This document shows, piece after piece, positions 14,419 to 28,186 of a stretch of 64,000 nucleotides of DNA; the stretch's first letter is position 1, and each line of letters begins with the position of its first letter. The stretch is from Eledone cirrhosa (Eukaryota). The translations under genes and the position numbers were made by a program. The notes beneath the pieces are model-generated. The model was not told the DNA's origin, made no database searches, and saw only the letters and a list, made by a program, of their open reading frames with translations. The DNA is taken from assembly GCA_964016885.1 (NCBI GenBank), contig OZ024741.1, positions 311,550,001 through 311,614,000 of the forward strand. Direction: 5' to 3'.

Positions 14419-16323
14419 CCAAAGAAGAGAGAAATAGGACGAAGGTAAACAGTTACAAAATAATTTAATCCACGTTAAAATCACCTATGAATATAGTACC
14501 AAAGTAGTTAACTTCCTAGATGCCACCTTCAACCTCAACACCCAAATTATCACACCCTTTCACAAAAACAATGAGAACCTCACCTACATCCACACTAGCT
14601 CTAACCACCCACTATCTATTATAAGATCCGTGCCACATAGTATATCACTTAGAATATCCCGCCTCTCATCTAACCAACAAATATTCGATCAAGACGCTGA
14701 ATACTACAACACTGCATTAGAACGGGCTGGCCACACCGACAAACTAGAATACATGGACCAACGCAACCATAAAACACATAACCATAGACACGCCAAACGC
14801 CCCCACAAACACCCGCACACACGCACCTAGACCCCCTAATACTAACCACACCACAAATAGAACAGCAACTTCAAAGCAAAACAGAACACGGAGTAGATCT
14901 TACATTTGGTATAATTCTATTTTTAACTCTTCTATTAGCTCAATCTTACCTTCCACATTCTACAAAATTATAAAAAAACACTTTCCAAATTCACATAAAT
15001 ATAGCAGTATACTTAATACCAAAACAATTAGACTATCTTATTCCACTGCACCAAACCTAGACGCACACATTAACATGCTCAACGCCAAAAAAACTCCGTA
15101 ACAACAACACCCCAATCACTCAACACAATAATACACCTAATACACAACCACCCACTAACAAACAGTATGCACAAAACAAACTCACACACGCATCCCAGCC
15201 CACCTATAACTCCACCACTGCCCATAACAGAAATTGTAATTGCCACCTTCCAGAAACTTGTACATTGAATAACGAATGTTTGCATTCAAACCTAGTGTAC
15301 AAGTGCTCGGTTGAGTCGGGCAACCAAACCTGGCACTACATAGGCAGTACTGCAAACACCTTCAAAACTCGTTGGTACACGCATCGTTACGCAATAAAGC
15401 ACCACCAACACCGTTACGTAACGACTCTCGCCGACAAAATTTCGCACTTAAAAGGGAATAACCGACAATACACCCTTAAATGGACCAAACTCTCACATGC
15501 TCCTCCATACTGGAGTGGGATGAAAACGTGCCCGTTGTGTAATAATGAGCTCTTCCATATCCTAAGCTCAAGCCACCAACTACTAAACAACAAAATTGAA
15601 AGGTCAATTTTTTGCCAGCATAAACTGAAAGCGAAATTGTCACACTTCAAACCTTCAACTAAATCTTAACACTACCTCTCTTTCTACCCTAAATTCCACA
15701 CTCCTAAAAATAGACTATATATGAAATTTAATACTTTCTTCCTTCATCTATACTCTGGTAAGACTTTCGCCTGTCCACTATCAAATGCCACTTAAAATTA
15801 TATCTTCCTTCTCTCTCCCTCTACTCATCACAACTTTTAGCATACAACCCTCCTCCCGCTCCCTTCTTGTAACTTAACTATATTCTATACAAATCCTCTC
15901 ACACCACCCTATCTCTTTCTCTTTCTCTCCCTACCTCCATCCCTTTTCTCTCTCTCTCTCCCTCTCTTTTGCCCCTCTCTCTCTCTGTTCCTCTCTTTTA
16001 CACTACTACCCCTTATTTCATTTGCTAAGGTTATTCCAACTTTGTATTTTGAAAATTCGGATGCTACAGTATCTTTCTTGATTGCCTATTATTACATAGT
16101 GTAGCAATAATGGACTGAAATTCTGATGAAACAATTGTTAATACGTGGATTAAATTCTTTTGTAACTGTTTACCTTCGTCCTATTTCTCTCTTCTTTGAT
16201 TACACTCCTCGTTTGTTCATGTTTCCACTACTGAATCCCTACCAACCTGTTGAGTCACCTTAACGTATGTTGAGAACTTTCCTCACAACTTGTTCTACCA
16301 AGCTTTGGAATGCTCCTAATTAC

Positions 16324-16411
<88 letters not shown>

Positions 16412-16516
16412 GTAATTAGGAGTATTCCAAAGCTTGGTAGAACAAGTTGTGAGGAAAGTTATCAACATACGTTAAGGTGACTCAACAGGTTGGTAGGGAT
16501 TCAGTAGTGGAAACAT
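14418..16516 (+). mobile_element. 5'-truncated Penelope-like element (RT C-terminus + GIY-YIG + 3' UTR/pLTR) with inverted end pieces
   Basis: VNFLDATFNL..YIHTSSNHP..SLRISRLSS from about 14480; CNC..CTL..CLHSNLVYKC..YIGST..KTRWYTH..CPLC..CQH at 15235-15669. 14418-14476 is the inverse of 16140-16200, and 16407-16516 is the inverse of 16220-16328. The CxCx5Cx5C linker resembles the Naiad clade. Confidence 0.88.
16044..16144 (+). ncRNA. Type I hammerhead ribozyme, U3-A8 core variant
   Basis: GTATT-TTGAAAA-T-TCGGA..TCTGA-T-GAAA-CAATTG-TT-AATAC in the PLE 3' region. Confidence 0.6.
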
Positions 16517-16721
16517 ATATATATATAAAGATGTAGATAAATCTAACAAAAATTTACGGTAGTGTCCAATCTGTATGAAGAACTCAATGTAATCCGGATA
16601 TCATGAAAAGAGAAGATGCATTCAAAAACTATTTTCGCTGAAAATTAACGGAAAACAGAGTCAAGATAAATTAATAAAATAATGAATAAACAAAGAAACA
16701 GTTCCTTATATTTAAAAAAAT

Positions 16722-16863
16722 TCATCATTTTACGATCGTTTCTAGGATAGATATGTGTTGGAATTGGTATGCATATTCTATAGATCTATGTACAATATTT
16801 ATACAAACTATCAGAGGGAATATACATACCTACACATATATATGCTGTCTTCAGAAATAATGA
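16722..16863 (-). ncRNA. Type I hammerhead ribozyme (CGATCG family)
   Basis: TCATTATTT-CTGAAGA-CAGCATATATATGTG..ACATATCTATCCTA-GAAA-CGATCG-TA-AAATGATGA. 9-bp helix I, GUA site. Confidence 0.8.
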
Positions 16864-18441
16864 TATTTGTTTATTGAAAAAAACAAAGATTCAATACAAT
16901 AGGTCTGTTTGTGAACAGGTTTTGAATTGACAAATAGAGAGATAGTAAGGGTCAAGATAGTAATATAGTAGTAGAAGAACCTTAAATTATGGGTAGAGGA
17001 AGGTAGATTTCAGTTTTGGATGGAAAAGATATTATGAATGAAAGATTATTTTAGGGATGAAAATAGGTCGTATGCTGACCTCAGAAATAATTATATTTGT
17101 TCATTGAATAAAACCAACAAAGATCTAATATATTCTGTCTGTTTGGTAAGAGGTTTAGAATTAACCAATAGAAAGTTAATAATTGGCCAAATGGTAAAAT
17201 AGTAGTAATTGAAGCTTATTTTAGGGGTAGAATAAGGCAGATTTCAGTTTTGAATGGATTGTGAAGAATGAGAAAGTTATTTTAGGGGTGAAAATAGGTC
17301 AGGTCAGTAAAAGGTATATGAGCAGTTGCTGTTATAAACCAGTAATGCCAATGCAAATATCTAAGGAGACTAACATTTTATAAGAGTGTTAGTGAAAAAA
17401 ATACATCTATGAAAAGAATATCAATTAATTTAATTGATGGGTATATTTATATTGATAAAATTATACCAATGCATATAGATATGATAAATAAGAGTTAGAT
17501 GCAGTTGAAGAGTGTTGTTAAAGATGAGGGGAAATTAAAAGAATATAAAAATAATATATATATATATACACATACACACACACATATATACACATATATA
17601 TACGTATATATACACATATATATATATACACACATATATACATACATACATACACATATATATACACACACATATATACTTACATATACATATAATTATG
17701 GGGGGGGGGATTAAATTTATTAGTGAGAAATAATAAATATATAGAGATTTCAAGGAACATAGAGTCATAACCTGAAGTTAAGGCATTATATATGTTTACT
17801 TAATGGTATCAGTTTCAGGAAATGATAGTTGTAAGAAGGAAAGTAAAATTTTGCGGTTCATCAGTAGTAGAATATTAATTATAGGTTAACTGAAATTAAA
17901 AACAGTTTATATATTAATTTCTAAAGTGTATATTAATTAGGTTTATAATATTTAAAGGTTTTTCTCAGTTTATGATTACACGATATTATTAATTCCTGTC
18001 GCTTATTTAATAGGATATCCTTAGATTTCATTATTTCAAAAAGTTCTTGGGAACATAATTTACATTCATATCTACTATTTTGATAAGAGGTGGCCCTTTT
18101 GAGTACACTCCAGGTCAGGTCATAATCTATATTCCTCTTTCTATAATTATTAATTATTTCAGCTAGAGATTTTGTATTAGCTAGTGCGGCATTTTTAAAA
18201 CTATGTTTAATACCCACAAACATAGTTTTAAAAATGCCGCACTAGCTAATACAACATCTCTAGCTGAAATAATTAATAATTATAGAAAGAGGAATATAGA
18301 TTATGACGTGACCTGGAGTGTGCTCAAAAGGGCCACCCCTTATATAAATAGTAGATATGAATGTAAATTATGTTCCCAAGAACTTTTTGAAATAATGAAA
18401 TCTAAGGATATCCTATTAAATAAGCGACAGGAATTAATAAT

Positions 18442-18624
18442 TGTTTCTACTTTTGGCACAAGGCCAGCAATTACCCTTTGCATTACTGGTACTTTATTTT
18501 ATCGACCCCGTAAGGATGAAAGGCAAAGTTAACCTAGGCGGGATTTGAACTCAGAATGGCAAGGACCGTAACTCTATGCATCAAAGCATGGCATCCAACC
18601 CTCTACCGATACTGCCAATTCAAC
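18442..18624 (-). mobile_element. tRNA-derived SINE inserted in the right arm only
   Basis: A box TGGCAGTATCGG, B box GTTCAAATCC. 18-bp TSD GCGACAGGAATTAATAAT at 18424-18441 and 18625-18642. Confidence 0.9.
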
Positions 18625-18990
18625 GCGACAGGAATTAATAATATCGTGTAATCATAAACTGAGAAAAACCTTTAAATATTATAAACCTAATTAATATACA
18701 CTTTAGAAATTAATATATAAACTGTTTTTAATTTCAGTTAACCTATAATTAATATTCTACTACTGATGAACCACATAATTTTACTTTCCTTCTTACAACT
18801 ATCATTTCCTAAAATTGATTCCATTTAGTAAACATATATAATGCCTTAACTTCAGGTTATGACTCTATGTTCCTTGAAATCTCTATATATTTATTATTTC
18901 TCACTAATAAATTTAATTCCCCCCCCCCAATAATTATATGTATATGTAAGTATGTATATGTGTGTATATATATGTGTATGTATGTATGTA

Positions 18991-19023
<33 letters not shown>

Positions 19024-19060
19024 GTGTATATATATGTATATATATGTGTGTATATGTGTG

Positions 19061-19127
<67 letters not shown>

Positions 19128-19833
19128 ATATATATATATTATTTTTATATTCTTTTAATTTCCCCTCATCTTTAACAACACTCTTCAACTGCATCTAACT
19201 CTTATTTATCATATCTATATGCATTAGTATAATTTTATCAATACAAATATACCCATCAATTAAATTAATTGATATTCTTTTCATAGATGTATTTTTTTCA
19301 CTAACACTCTTATCATAAAATTTTAGTCTCCTTAGATATTTGCATTGGCATTACTGGTTTATAACAGCAACTGCTCATATACCTTTTACTGACCTGACCT
19401 ATTTTCACCCCTAAAATAACTTTCTCATTCTTCACACTCCATTCAAAACTGAAATCTGCCTTATTCTACCCCTAAAATAAGCTTCAATTACTACTATTTT
19501 ACCATTTGGCCAATTATTAACTTTCTATTGGTTAATTCTAAACCTCTTACCAAACAGACAGAATATATTAGATCTTTGTTGGTTTTATTCAATGAACAAA
19601 TATAATTATTTCTGAGGTCAGCATACGACCTATTTTCATCCCTAAAATAATCTTTCATTCATAATATTCTTTTCCATCCAAAACTGAAATCTACCTTCCT
19701 CTACCCATAATTTAAGGTTCTTCTACTACGATATTACTATCTAGACCCTCACTATCTCACTATTGGTCAATTCAAAACCTGTTCACAAAAAGATCTATTG
19801 TATTGAATCTTTGTTTTTTTCAATAAACAAATA

Positions 19834-19975
19834 TCATTATTTCTGAAGACATCATATATATATGTAGGTATGTATATTCCCTCTGATAGTTTGTATAAAT
19901 ATTGTACATAGATCTATAGAATATGCATACCAATTCTAACACATATATATCCTAGAAACGATCGTAAAATGATGA
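19834..19975 (+). ncRNA. Type I hammerhead ribozyme (CGATCG family)
   Basis: CTGAAGA at 19843, GAAA-CGATCG-TA at 19955-19966, helix I TCATTATTT/AAATGATGA. Confidence 0.75.
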
Positions 19976-20302
19976 ATTTTTTTAATATAAGGAACTGTTT
20001 ATTTGTTTATTCATTATTTTATTAATTTATATATATAAATATATATATATATATATTCGTTTAGAACTATTAGAACTATTTCATTCAAATGTAATGATCA
20101 GGAAACCCGTTCCCAGATGATTTCTTTGGATGAAAATATTCTAGTCCTGTAGAAGCGATTTCTATATTAAACATCATATTTACACACACACACACAAATA
20201 CACACACAAAGAGACACACGCAAACATATATATATATATATGTGTGTGAGTGTATGTGTATGTGTGTGTGTGTAGTAAATACGTAACAAGTTTTTGATAT
20301 AC

Positions 20303-20437
20303 CTTGTTGGCAATTGTCACCGACATAACCTGCAGAACATCCATCTGAACATGTTCCATTTAGCTTGTCACAGTTTCTATTGTTGAGACAATGGCATTTC
20401 CCTGTACAATTAACACCAAAGTTTCCTATTCGGCATT
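20303..20437 (-). CDS. EGF-like repeat exon (135 nt, phase 1-1)
   Basis: TTTCAG acceptor and GTATAT donor; (E)CRIGNFGVNCTGKCHCLNNRNCDKLNGTCSDGCSAGYVGDNCQQ. Confidence 0.85.
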
Positions 20438-20563
20438 CTGAAATATATATAAGATTTCTATATTAAACATCATATTTACACACACAAACGCATGCACTCC
20501 CCCACCCGCACTCCCCTACCCGCACTCCCCCACACCCACCCACACAAGCACACACAGACACAA

Positions 20564-20688
<125 letters not shown>

Positions 20689-21099
20689 TCAGAGACACAG
20701 AGAGAGCGAGAACATTAAAATGCAGGTTCTAACATAGCTTTATACATATGAGTATGTGTAGTTTGGATATCTAGCAATATGCGATATGTTTAGGTATAAT
20801 AATTATAGATAATTATAGAGTGTAAATATCACGTTTAATATAGACATAGCTTCTACAGTACTAGAACTATTTAATTCAAAAGTAATCATTAGGGAAGCTG
20901 TTTGCTGATGATTTCTTTGGAAGAAACTATTCTAGTCCAGTAGAAGCGATTTATACATTAAACATCATATTTGCACACAGACACACATATACACTCAGAA
21001 AGCCCCCCTCTCTGTCACACACACAGACGCACACGCTCACACAATTATATATGTATTTTTGTTTGTGTGTAGTAAATAGATAACAGGTTTATGATATAC

Positions 21100-21164
21100 C
21101 TTGTTGACAATTGTCACCAATATAACCTGCAGCACATCCATCTGGACATCTTCCTTTAATCATG
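21100..21164 (-). pseudogene. EGF pseudo-exon, only the 3' half left after a LINE insertion
   Basis: MIKGRCPDGCAAGYIGDNCQQ with intact GT donor, paralog of the exon at 606-740. The 5' half is replaced by the LINE starting at 21165. Confidence 0.8.
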
Positions 21165-23355
21165 AAAGGGATTTGGGGATGTGCTGAACAACTCCTAATC
21201 AACAAAACTGCGATGTCGGAGGTGCGACAACTTAGTAGGAATATGGCTACAGTCTGGCTGGACTACAGGAAAGCTTTCGATTCTGTTCCCCACTCTTGGA
21301 TGATAGAGGCTCCCCAACTTGCTAAAGTCCCAGACATTATTGTCAGAGCCATAGAGAGGCTGTCTTCTTCTTGGGCTACTATCCTAAGGTTAAAAACAGA
21401 GAGGGAGGGCTTTATTTTCATGATAAAATAAAATATTGCAGTGGTATATTTCAGGGGACAGTCTCTCTGTGATATTATTCATTTTGTCATTAAACCCCTT
21501 GTCCTTTCTGCTCAAGAAATGTGAGGGATGGATCATTGGGTCACAGGAGGACATAAATACGAACCTAACCCATAATTTCTTTGTGGATGATCTGAAACTC
21601 TATGCCAAAACATGGATGGGATGAAGAAAAATCTTGACCTGGTTACAACGTTCTCCAAGGATATAGGAATGGAGTTTGGCAAAGATAAATGCTCATACTT
21701 GACTGTAAAGCGGGGAAAAACAACAACACAATCTAGGAACATTGTCATCAATGGTCTAATTGTTTCACCGATATCTGATGAGGACTGCTACAGATACCTG
21801 GGGATAAATGAGAACATATCTTATAATGGTATCTGTAATAAAGAACGCGTAACCAGGGAATACTACACCCGATTCAGAAAATCTGGCCATCGGAACTCTC
21901 TGCGCAAAACAAAACAGTGGCTCACAATGTGTTTTCTGTGCCTGTCCTAACACCAACGTTTGCAATACTCAACTGGACGATAAACGAAATCCGAGTGGTT
22001 GATGTTGGAACTCGATAAATACTAAACAACCTCGGAAACTTCCACATCATCAGTGACACAGACCGCCTTTACTTGAAACGTAAGCAGGGAGGCAGGGGCC
22101 TAGCATCAGTCCAGACAACAATTGAATTTCGGATCATATCTCTCCGACAATATCTATGAACATCGAAGCGTAGGAGCCCATTTCTCGAGTAAGTCTAGCT
22201 GCATGAAACAGCTAAGATCATGAGAGTTGGGAAGGAACTCCTCGAGAGATATCCCCTGTGTGATAATCAAAAACTCACACCCAGGCATGTCGCTCAGCAG
22301 TATCGCAGTGAATCCATGGATGAAAAACTGCATCCTTTTCAGCAAAATATCATGCATGGATATGTTGCCAGGAAGCTCCAGAGTGAGAGTAATATAGATA
22401 AGGAATATATTGGTCCATAACCGCTATATTGACTCCCATTTTGAAGGATACGTTTTTGCAATCCAAGAACAGGAGATTAACATGAAATACCTGATTCACA
22501 AGAGAGATAGGGATGCAGACAAATCACCTAGATGTGATAACAAGTGCAGACTCTGCAGAACTAACATCGAGGATATAATCCATGTCATCAGCAGCTTTCC
22601 AAATATGTCATCGCGGTACTATCTATCTATGTAGTGGCCAAAACACTGTACAATGCAATTCGTAAAACAGATAGCCCCGATAATAAACACATTAAAAGCT
22701 ACAGCAATGTGGAAGACACCCATATACATAATATGAAACAGAACTGGTGGAATGTTCCAGTATAAACCCCAATAACATTCCAGCATAACAGACCAGATAT
22801 TATGATATGGGACAGGGAGAAAAAAGCATGCACAGTAGTGAAAATTAGCTACCCAGCAGATGCCAATATAATATCAAAGGTTAGCCAAAATGAGAATATT
22901 TATGCAGAACTGATGAGAAATCTGCAGATACTCCACCCTGATTACACTTTCAGATTTATGCCTGTGATTATTGGGGCACTGGGTTATGTTAGAAACTGCC
23001 TCAATACAAATCTTGAAGCTAGGCTTCAAAGGAACAGAGAGAACACAACTAGTTAGGAAACTACAAGTACAATCCATGATTGGAACAGTAAAAGTATGTA
23101 AAACACTCCAAATAATTTGCATCTAATAACTGCATATACACATGTACAGATGCAGATCATATACACATGCACATATACAATTCAAAACATCCACACATAC
23201 AATAACATCCATATCTACACATGATGCATGTAAACATACATATATATCTACCTAGTTGATGTAGTGTAAATTCCAATGAGAGAGTTTTGTGTCTATGTTA
23301 GAAATCGACTCTCTCTCTATTGGTAAAACTTTGTGAAATTATAAAACCTGAAGAA
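21165..23355 (+). mobile_element. Degenerate R4/Dong-like non-LTR retrotransposon (RT + CCHC + restriction-like endonuclease), 5'-truncated
   Basis: WLDYRKAFDSVPHSW, GDSLS..LF, FVDDLKLY, CRLC..HVISS, HNRPDIMIWD, PVIIGALG. Confidence 0.85.
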
Positions 23356-23469
23356 CATAAATACATATATACATACATATAGAATATTAGTATTAATATT
23401 ACTGTTATAATATTAATGGTATACTCATTCACCCTATTATCTAAACTATCGGAACAACTACAAAATAGG

Positions 23470-23842
23470 CCGATGGTGGACGGATACTACACGAGAATTC
23501 TGAGGATGGCTCTGAATAGTAATCAGTATACACTGAGGATGAAGAACTCAGAGTTGTACGGGAGCCCCCGAAAGTCTGATCAAAGGTGACACAGAGGAGA
23601 CTGAGGTTAGCTGGACATGTTCACCGACATCCAGAATTGACACTGCACTCAGTGCACCTGTGGGAGACCCTTCATGGGCACACTGGAAGAGGAAAACCGA
23701 AGTTAACATATGTTCATGCCCTAAGTACAGACACTGCTCTGTTGGAGACGCAGGGCATGGCAGCGATAATGAGGGACAGAGACCGCAGGAGAGACCTCGT
23801 CCAGGGATGTCGGGGATTTTACCCGCCCTAGATAGATAGATA
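23470..23842 (+). mobile_element. RTE-type LINE 3' fragment with (TAGA)n tail
   Basis: RRLRLAGHVHRH..LWE..HG..RGKP.LTY; the same 3' end also appears at about 2095-2125. Confidence 0.65.
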
Positions 23843-24196
23843 GAATGTTGAGACACAAAGGATTAGTAATATTTAGGTTTTTGAAATTACTGCGTATCAC
23901 GTAACGGTGTGGTAGCATGTTTTTTACTAATAAAACTGTTCAATTAAACCATTTTGTTAACTGTAAAATAAATAGAAATTGTATTTTCTTCACTGCATTT
24001 TTATTTTACAACTATTTACTGTTTATTTCCATGTTTTATATTCCATTCAAATAAACAACAATGTATAATAAAAAGAAACAATTGAATGTCTTTAGCTATG
24101 AATGGAGACTGATGTAAAAGAGCCATTTAGCGGATTCCAGCAGATCTAAGGGCGGGTAAATCTCGACGATCTTCGTTTCTGACTCAGGTCGCTCTA

Positions 24197-24815
24197 TATA
24201 TATCTGTTTTGCGAGATTTTTGATATGAAATCGTGTGTCGAAACAATATTGATTGTTATACTTGGGAGGGTCAGATTGTTGTAATAATATTGCCAGAATT
24301 AATAACAGAACACACTCACTGTTTAGTTGGTTTTCGCTTCTGTATCTTTTATATCAGTTAATTTATTCGGTCCTCAATGTTTACCATTGACTGACCAACG
24401 GTAAAAAAATACAGATATAATATAGACACAAACAGATATATATAGTCCCAAAAAATTATTTCGTTGGACATCGGCAACATAGTCATTTGTGTTAGTATAA
24501 TGTTCTTCTTGTTGTATTAAATATCTATGCCATCTTAAATAAAGATTAAATAAAGATGGCGTAGATATACAATACAACAGGAGAAATATAATAATAGCAC
24601 CACTGACGATATTGCAGATGTGCAACGAGAGAACTTTCTTAGACAATATATATATATGTTTGTGTCTATATAATATCTATATTTTTTAACCGTTGGTCAG
24701 TCAATGGAAAACATTGAGGACAGAATAAATGAACTGATATAAAAGATACAGAAGCGAAAACCAACTAAACAGTGATTGTGTTCTGTTATTAATTCTGGCA
24801 ATATTATTACAAATC
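24197..24815. repeat. Uncharacterised non-coding repeat with an inverted duplicate (paralog at 4093-4525)
   Basis: About 24278-24440 is inverted at about 24650-24812; the paralog at 4093-4525 has its own short inversion at 4031-4080. Confidence 0.6.
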
Positions 24816-25602
24816 CCTCTAAGGTTAACTTTGCCTTTCATCTTTACGGGGTCGATAAAATAAAGTACCACTAATGCACTGGTGAATTGCTGGCCTTGTG
24901 CCAGCAATTGCCAATGAGAAAATAGCTAACATAAAAAAACATATATTTTTTAATGTTAGATATTTTCTTCCTTAAACATTCTTTTTTTCTTCTTAGCCCT
25001 CTGCGCTCATTTTTAAACAAACTATTTACGTACACATATTAAGCACACATATTACATTACTTAAAAACAAAATTAAACCCTAACTAATTCCTCTAAATTC
25101 ATAACTCAGCCACTCTTCTACTTCTTTTCACATTATATCCTTAATAACATTAATATTTTAATTTTAATAATACATATTAATAATTTCTTTTCCTCGCACA
25201 TATTATTAAACCTCTCAATATACAAACCTTAATTTAATACTATTCTTAATTCCTTTTTCTTCATGCATAAACCTCATTAACTTTTAATTTCAAATTCTTT
25301 TAAATTATCTATTATCTTCCAACGGCTGTTTAACGTCTCTCTGTGAGACAATATTTTTTTTTCTCAGTTGTAAAGGCTGTCTCTCTCTCTCTCTCTCTCT
25401 ATCACCCATCTCTCCTCCTCTCTCATCATTTCCTTCTTATACTCCTACCCCACCATTCTTCACTCTCATCTCCTCTTCCTTACCCCCCCCCCCCCCGCCT
25501 CACTTTTCCCAATCTCATACATCAATCTTAAATTATTTTTCATACGTTGATTTAAAACTTCACTATTCACAAGTGTTTTTTAAGATTCATATCATGTATC
25601 CC

Positions 25603-25673
25603 TATTTTATCTGATGAAAACGCAGATATCATCCCATGATGATATTTGTTTTTGAAATGCGCATAATAAAATA
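25603..25673 (+). ncRNA. Type I hammerhead ribozyme (TGCGCA family) at the end of a CT-rich PLE-like 3' UTR (about 24930-25705)
   Basis: TATTTTAT-CTGATGA-AAACGCAGATATCATC[CCAT]GATGATATTTGTTTTT-GAAA-TGCGCA-TA-ATAAAATA. 8-bp helix I, 16-bp helix II, AUA site. Confidence 0.85.
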
Positions 25674-25701
25674 CTTGGAACTCTTTTTACCATCTTTTGA
25701 T

Positions 25702-25752
<51 letters not shown>

Positions 25753-26103
25753 TCATATTTATATTAGTCCCTGTTTCAATTGGGTGCAACCACTGTAGGT
25801 CTAGAGCAAAATATTATTGTAGGTTGTAAATATCACTTTTAATATAGACAAGGCTTCAACGGAAATATAACTATTTCATTCAAAATGGATGAAACTATTC
25901 TCGTCCAGTAGAAGCGATTTATATGTTACACATTATATTTACAAACACACACATATATATACTGTTAGACTGGTACATTTCTATCGAAAATGATGAAAGG
26001 CAAAGTTATTTGAATGTAGAGTATGTAGAATGTGTGTGTATATATATACATATATATATATATGTGTATGTATAGACACACACATTTATACACACACACA
26101 CAG

Positions 26104-26189
<86 letters not shown>

Positions 26190-26529
26190 ATGTATATACT
26201 CACATTTATATACATACATACAGACACGTATATATATATAGGCCTTCTGGTTTCATTTCACATTATATACATGTCTGTGTATATTCTAATCATTTAAACA
26301 TTATTTCTAAGTCAACAGGATTTAAAAAAAAAACATTTTGAAAGTAAATGTCACCCAATGAGTCATCGGTGGTCGGGTGTATAATATTAATAAACCATTG
26401 AAAGTCTTCAGCTATGAATGGAGGGTGATGAGAAGAGCCATCTAACGGATTCCAACAGAGGTAATGGCGAGCAAATCTCAACGATCTTCGTTTATGAATC
26501 TGGTGGCTATCAAGACAAGGATCCCTTAT

Positions 26530-26665
<136 letters not shown>

Positions 26666-26672
26666 TAATATA

Positions 26673-26720
<48 letters not shown>

Positions 26721-26898
26721 TTTAGATCTATTTCATTCAAATGTAATAATCAGGAAAGCCGTTTCCAGATGTTTGTATGAAACTATTCTATTCCTGTAGA
26801 AGCGATTTCTAAAGTAAACATCATTTTGACACACACAAACACACGCAGACACAGACACGCAAACATATGTATATATATGAGTGTGTGTGTGTGGGGGG

Positions 26899-26935
<37 letters not shown>

Positions 26936-26977
26936 TGTGTGTGTGTGTAGTAAATACGTAACAAATTCTTGATATAC

Positions 26978-27109
26978 CTTGGCAATTGACACCAATATAA
27001 CCTGTAGAACATCCATCTGAACATCTTCCATTTCGCATGTCACAGTTACTATTGTCGAGACAATGGCAGGTCCCATTACAAGCAACACCAAACTTTCCTA
27101 CTGGGCATT
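26978..27109 (-). CDS. EGF-like repeat exon (132 nt, phase 1-1)
   Basis: TTTTCAG acceptor and GTATAT donor; (E)CPVGKFGVACNGTCHCLDNSNCDMRNGRCSDGCSTGYIGVNCQ. Confidence 0.85.
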
Positions 27110-27435
27110 CTGAAAATATCAATATATATGATAATGTTGAAGATATCATTAATTACATACACATATCAATGATACTATTTCATACCAAATTTCAAGATTA
27201 AAGTGGTCTTGTGATAAACATATGGAATTGTTTACTTATTGAATATCATATCGATCCTCTATAATATATAAATGGATTTTTATTTCAGTTAAATGCAATG
27301 TTAAACACATTATGCAAGTCACAAACCATACCATAATAAAAATAATCATATCCTACAAAATCTTACCATATTCTAAGAATTCCTACGATATTTATTCTCG
27401 ACATTCTTCCATTTAAAAAAACACACACACACACG

Positions 27436-27483
<48 letters not shown>

Positions 27484-27668
27484 TTTAGATCTATTTCATT
27501 CAAATGTAATAATCAGGAAATCCGTTTCCAGATGATTTCCTTGTATGAAACTATTCTATTCCTGTAGAAGCGATTTCTAAAGTAAACATCATTTTTACAC
27601 ACACAAAGACACACAGACACAGACACACGCAAACATATGTATATATATGAGCGTGTGTGTGTGTGTGT

Positions 27669-27721
<53 letters not shown>

Positions 27722-27741
27722 TGTGTGTGTGCGCGCGTGTG

Positions 27742-27800
<59 letters not shown>

Positions 27801-27827
27801 TAAATACGTAACAAATTCTTGATATAC

Positions 27828-27959
27828 CTTGGCAATTGTCACCAATATAACCTGCAGAACATCCATCTGAACATGTTCCATTTTGCTTGTCACAGTTACT
27901 ATTGTCGAGACAATGGCAGGTCCCATTACAAGCATCGCCAAACTTTCCTACTTGGCATT
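27828..27959 (-). CDS. EGF-like repeat exon (132 nt, phase 1-1)
   Basis: (E)CQVGKFGDACNGTCHCLDNSNCDKQNGTCSDGCSAGYIGDNCQ with AG/GT boundaries. Confidence 0.85.
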
Positions 27960-28007
27960 CTGAAAATATCAATATATGTGATAATGTTGAAGATATCATT
28001 AATTACA

Positions 28008-28186
28008 TGGATTGGCAGTATCGGTAGAGGGTCGGACGCCATGCTTTCCAGCATAGTTACGTCCCTTTCCGATCTAAGTTCAAATCCCGCCGAGGTTGAC
28101 TTTGCCTTTCATCCTTCCGGGGTCGATAAAATAAAGTACCAGTAATGCATTGGGAAATTGCTGGCATTGTGCCTAAAGTAGAAACA
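28008..28186 (+). mobile_element. tRNA-derived SINE
   Basis: A and B boxes plus the conserved core; TSD ATTAATTACA at 27998-28007 and 28187-28196. Absent from the paralogous sites near 27150 and 36025. Confidence 0.9.

Larger units (their letters stand above)
16531..20030. mobile_element. Fold-back Penelope-like insertion: two inverted copies of the GIY-YIG C-terminus + 3' UTR + HHR
   Basis: Left arm 16531-18208 (-) and right arm 18218-20030 (+) with a 9-nt spacer AATACCCAC. Matching ORFs 17933..18223(-) and 18203..18532(+). Same family as 31903-33615. Confidence 0.9.

Noticed and set aside
18764-18790. CTGATGA in a PLE 3' UTR
   Set aside because: No matching helix II, GAAA or NUH arrangement.
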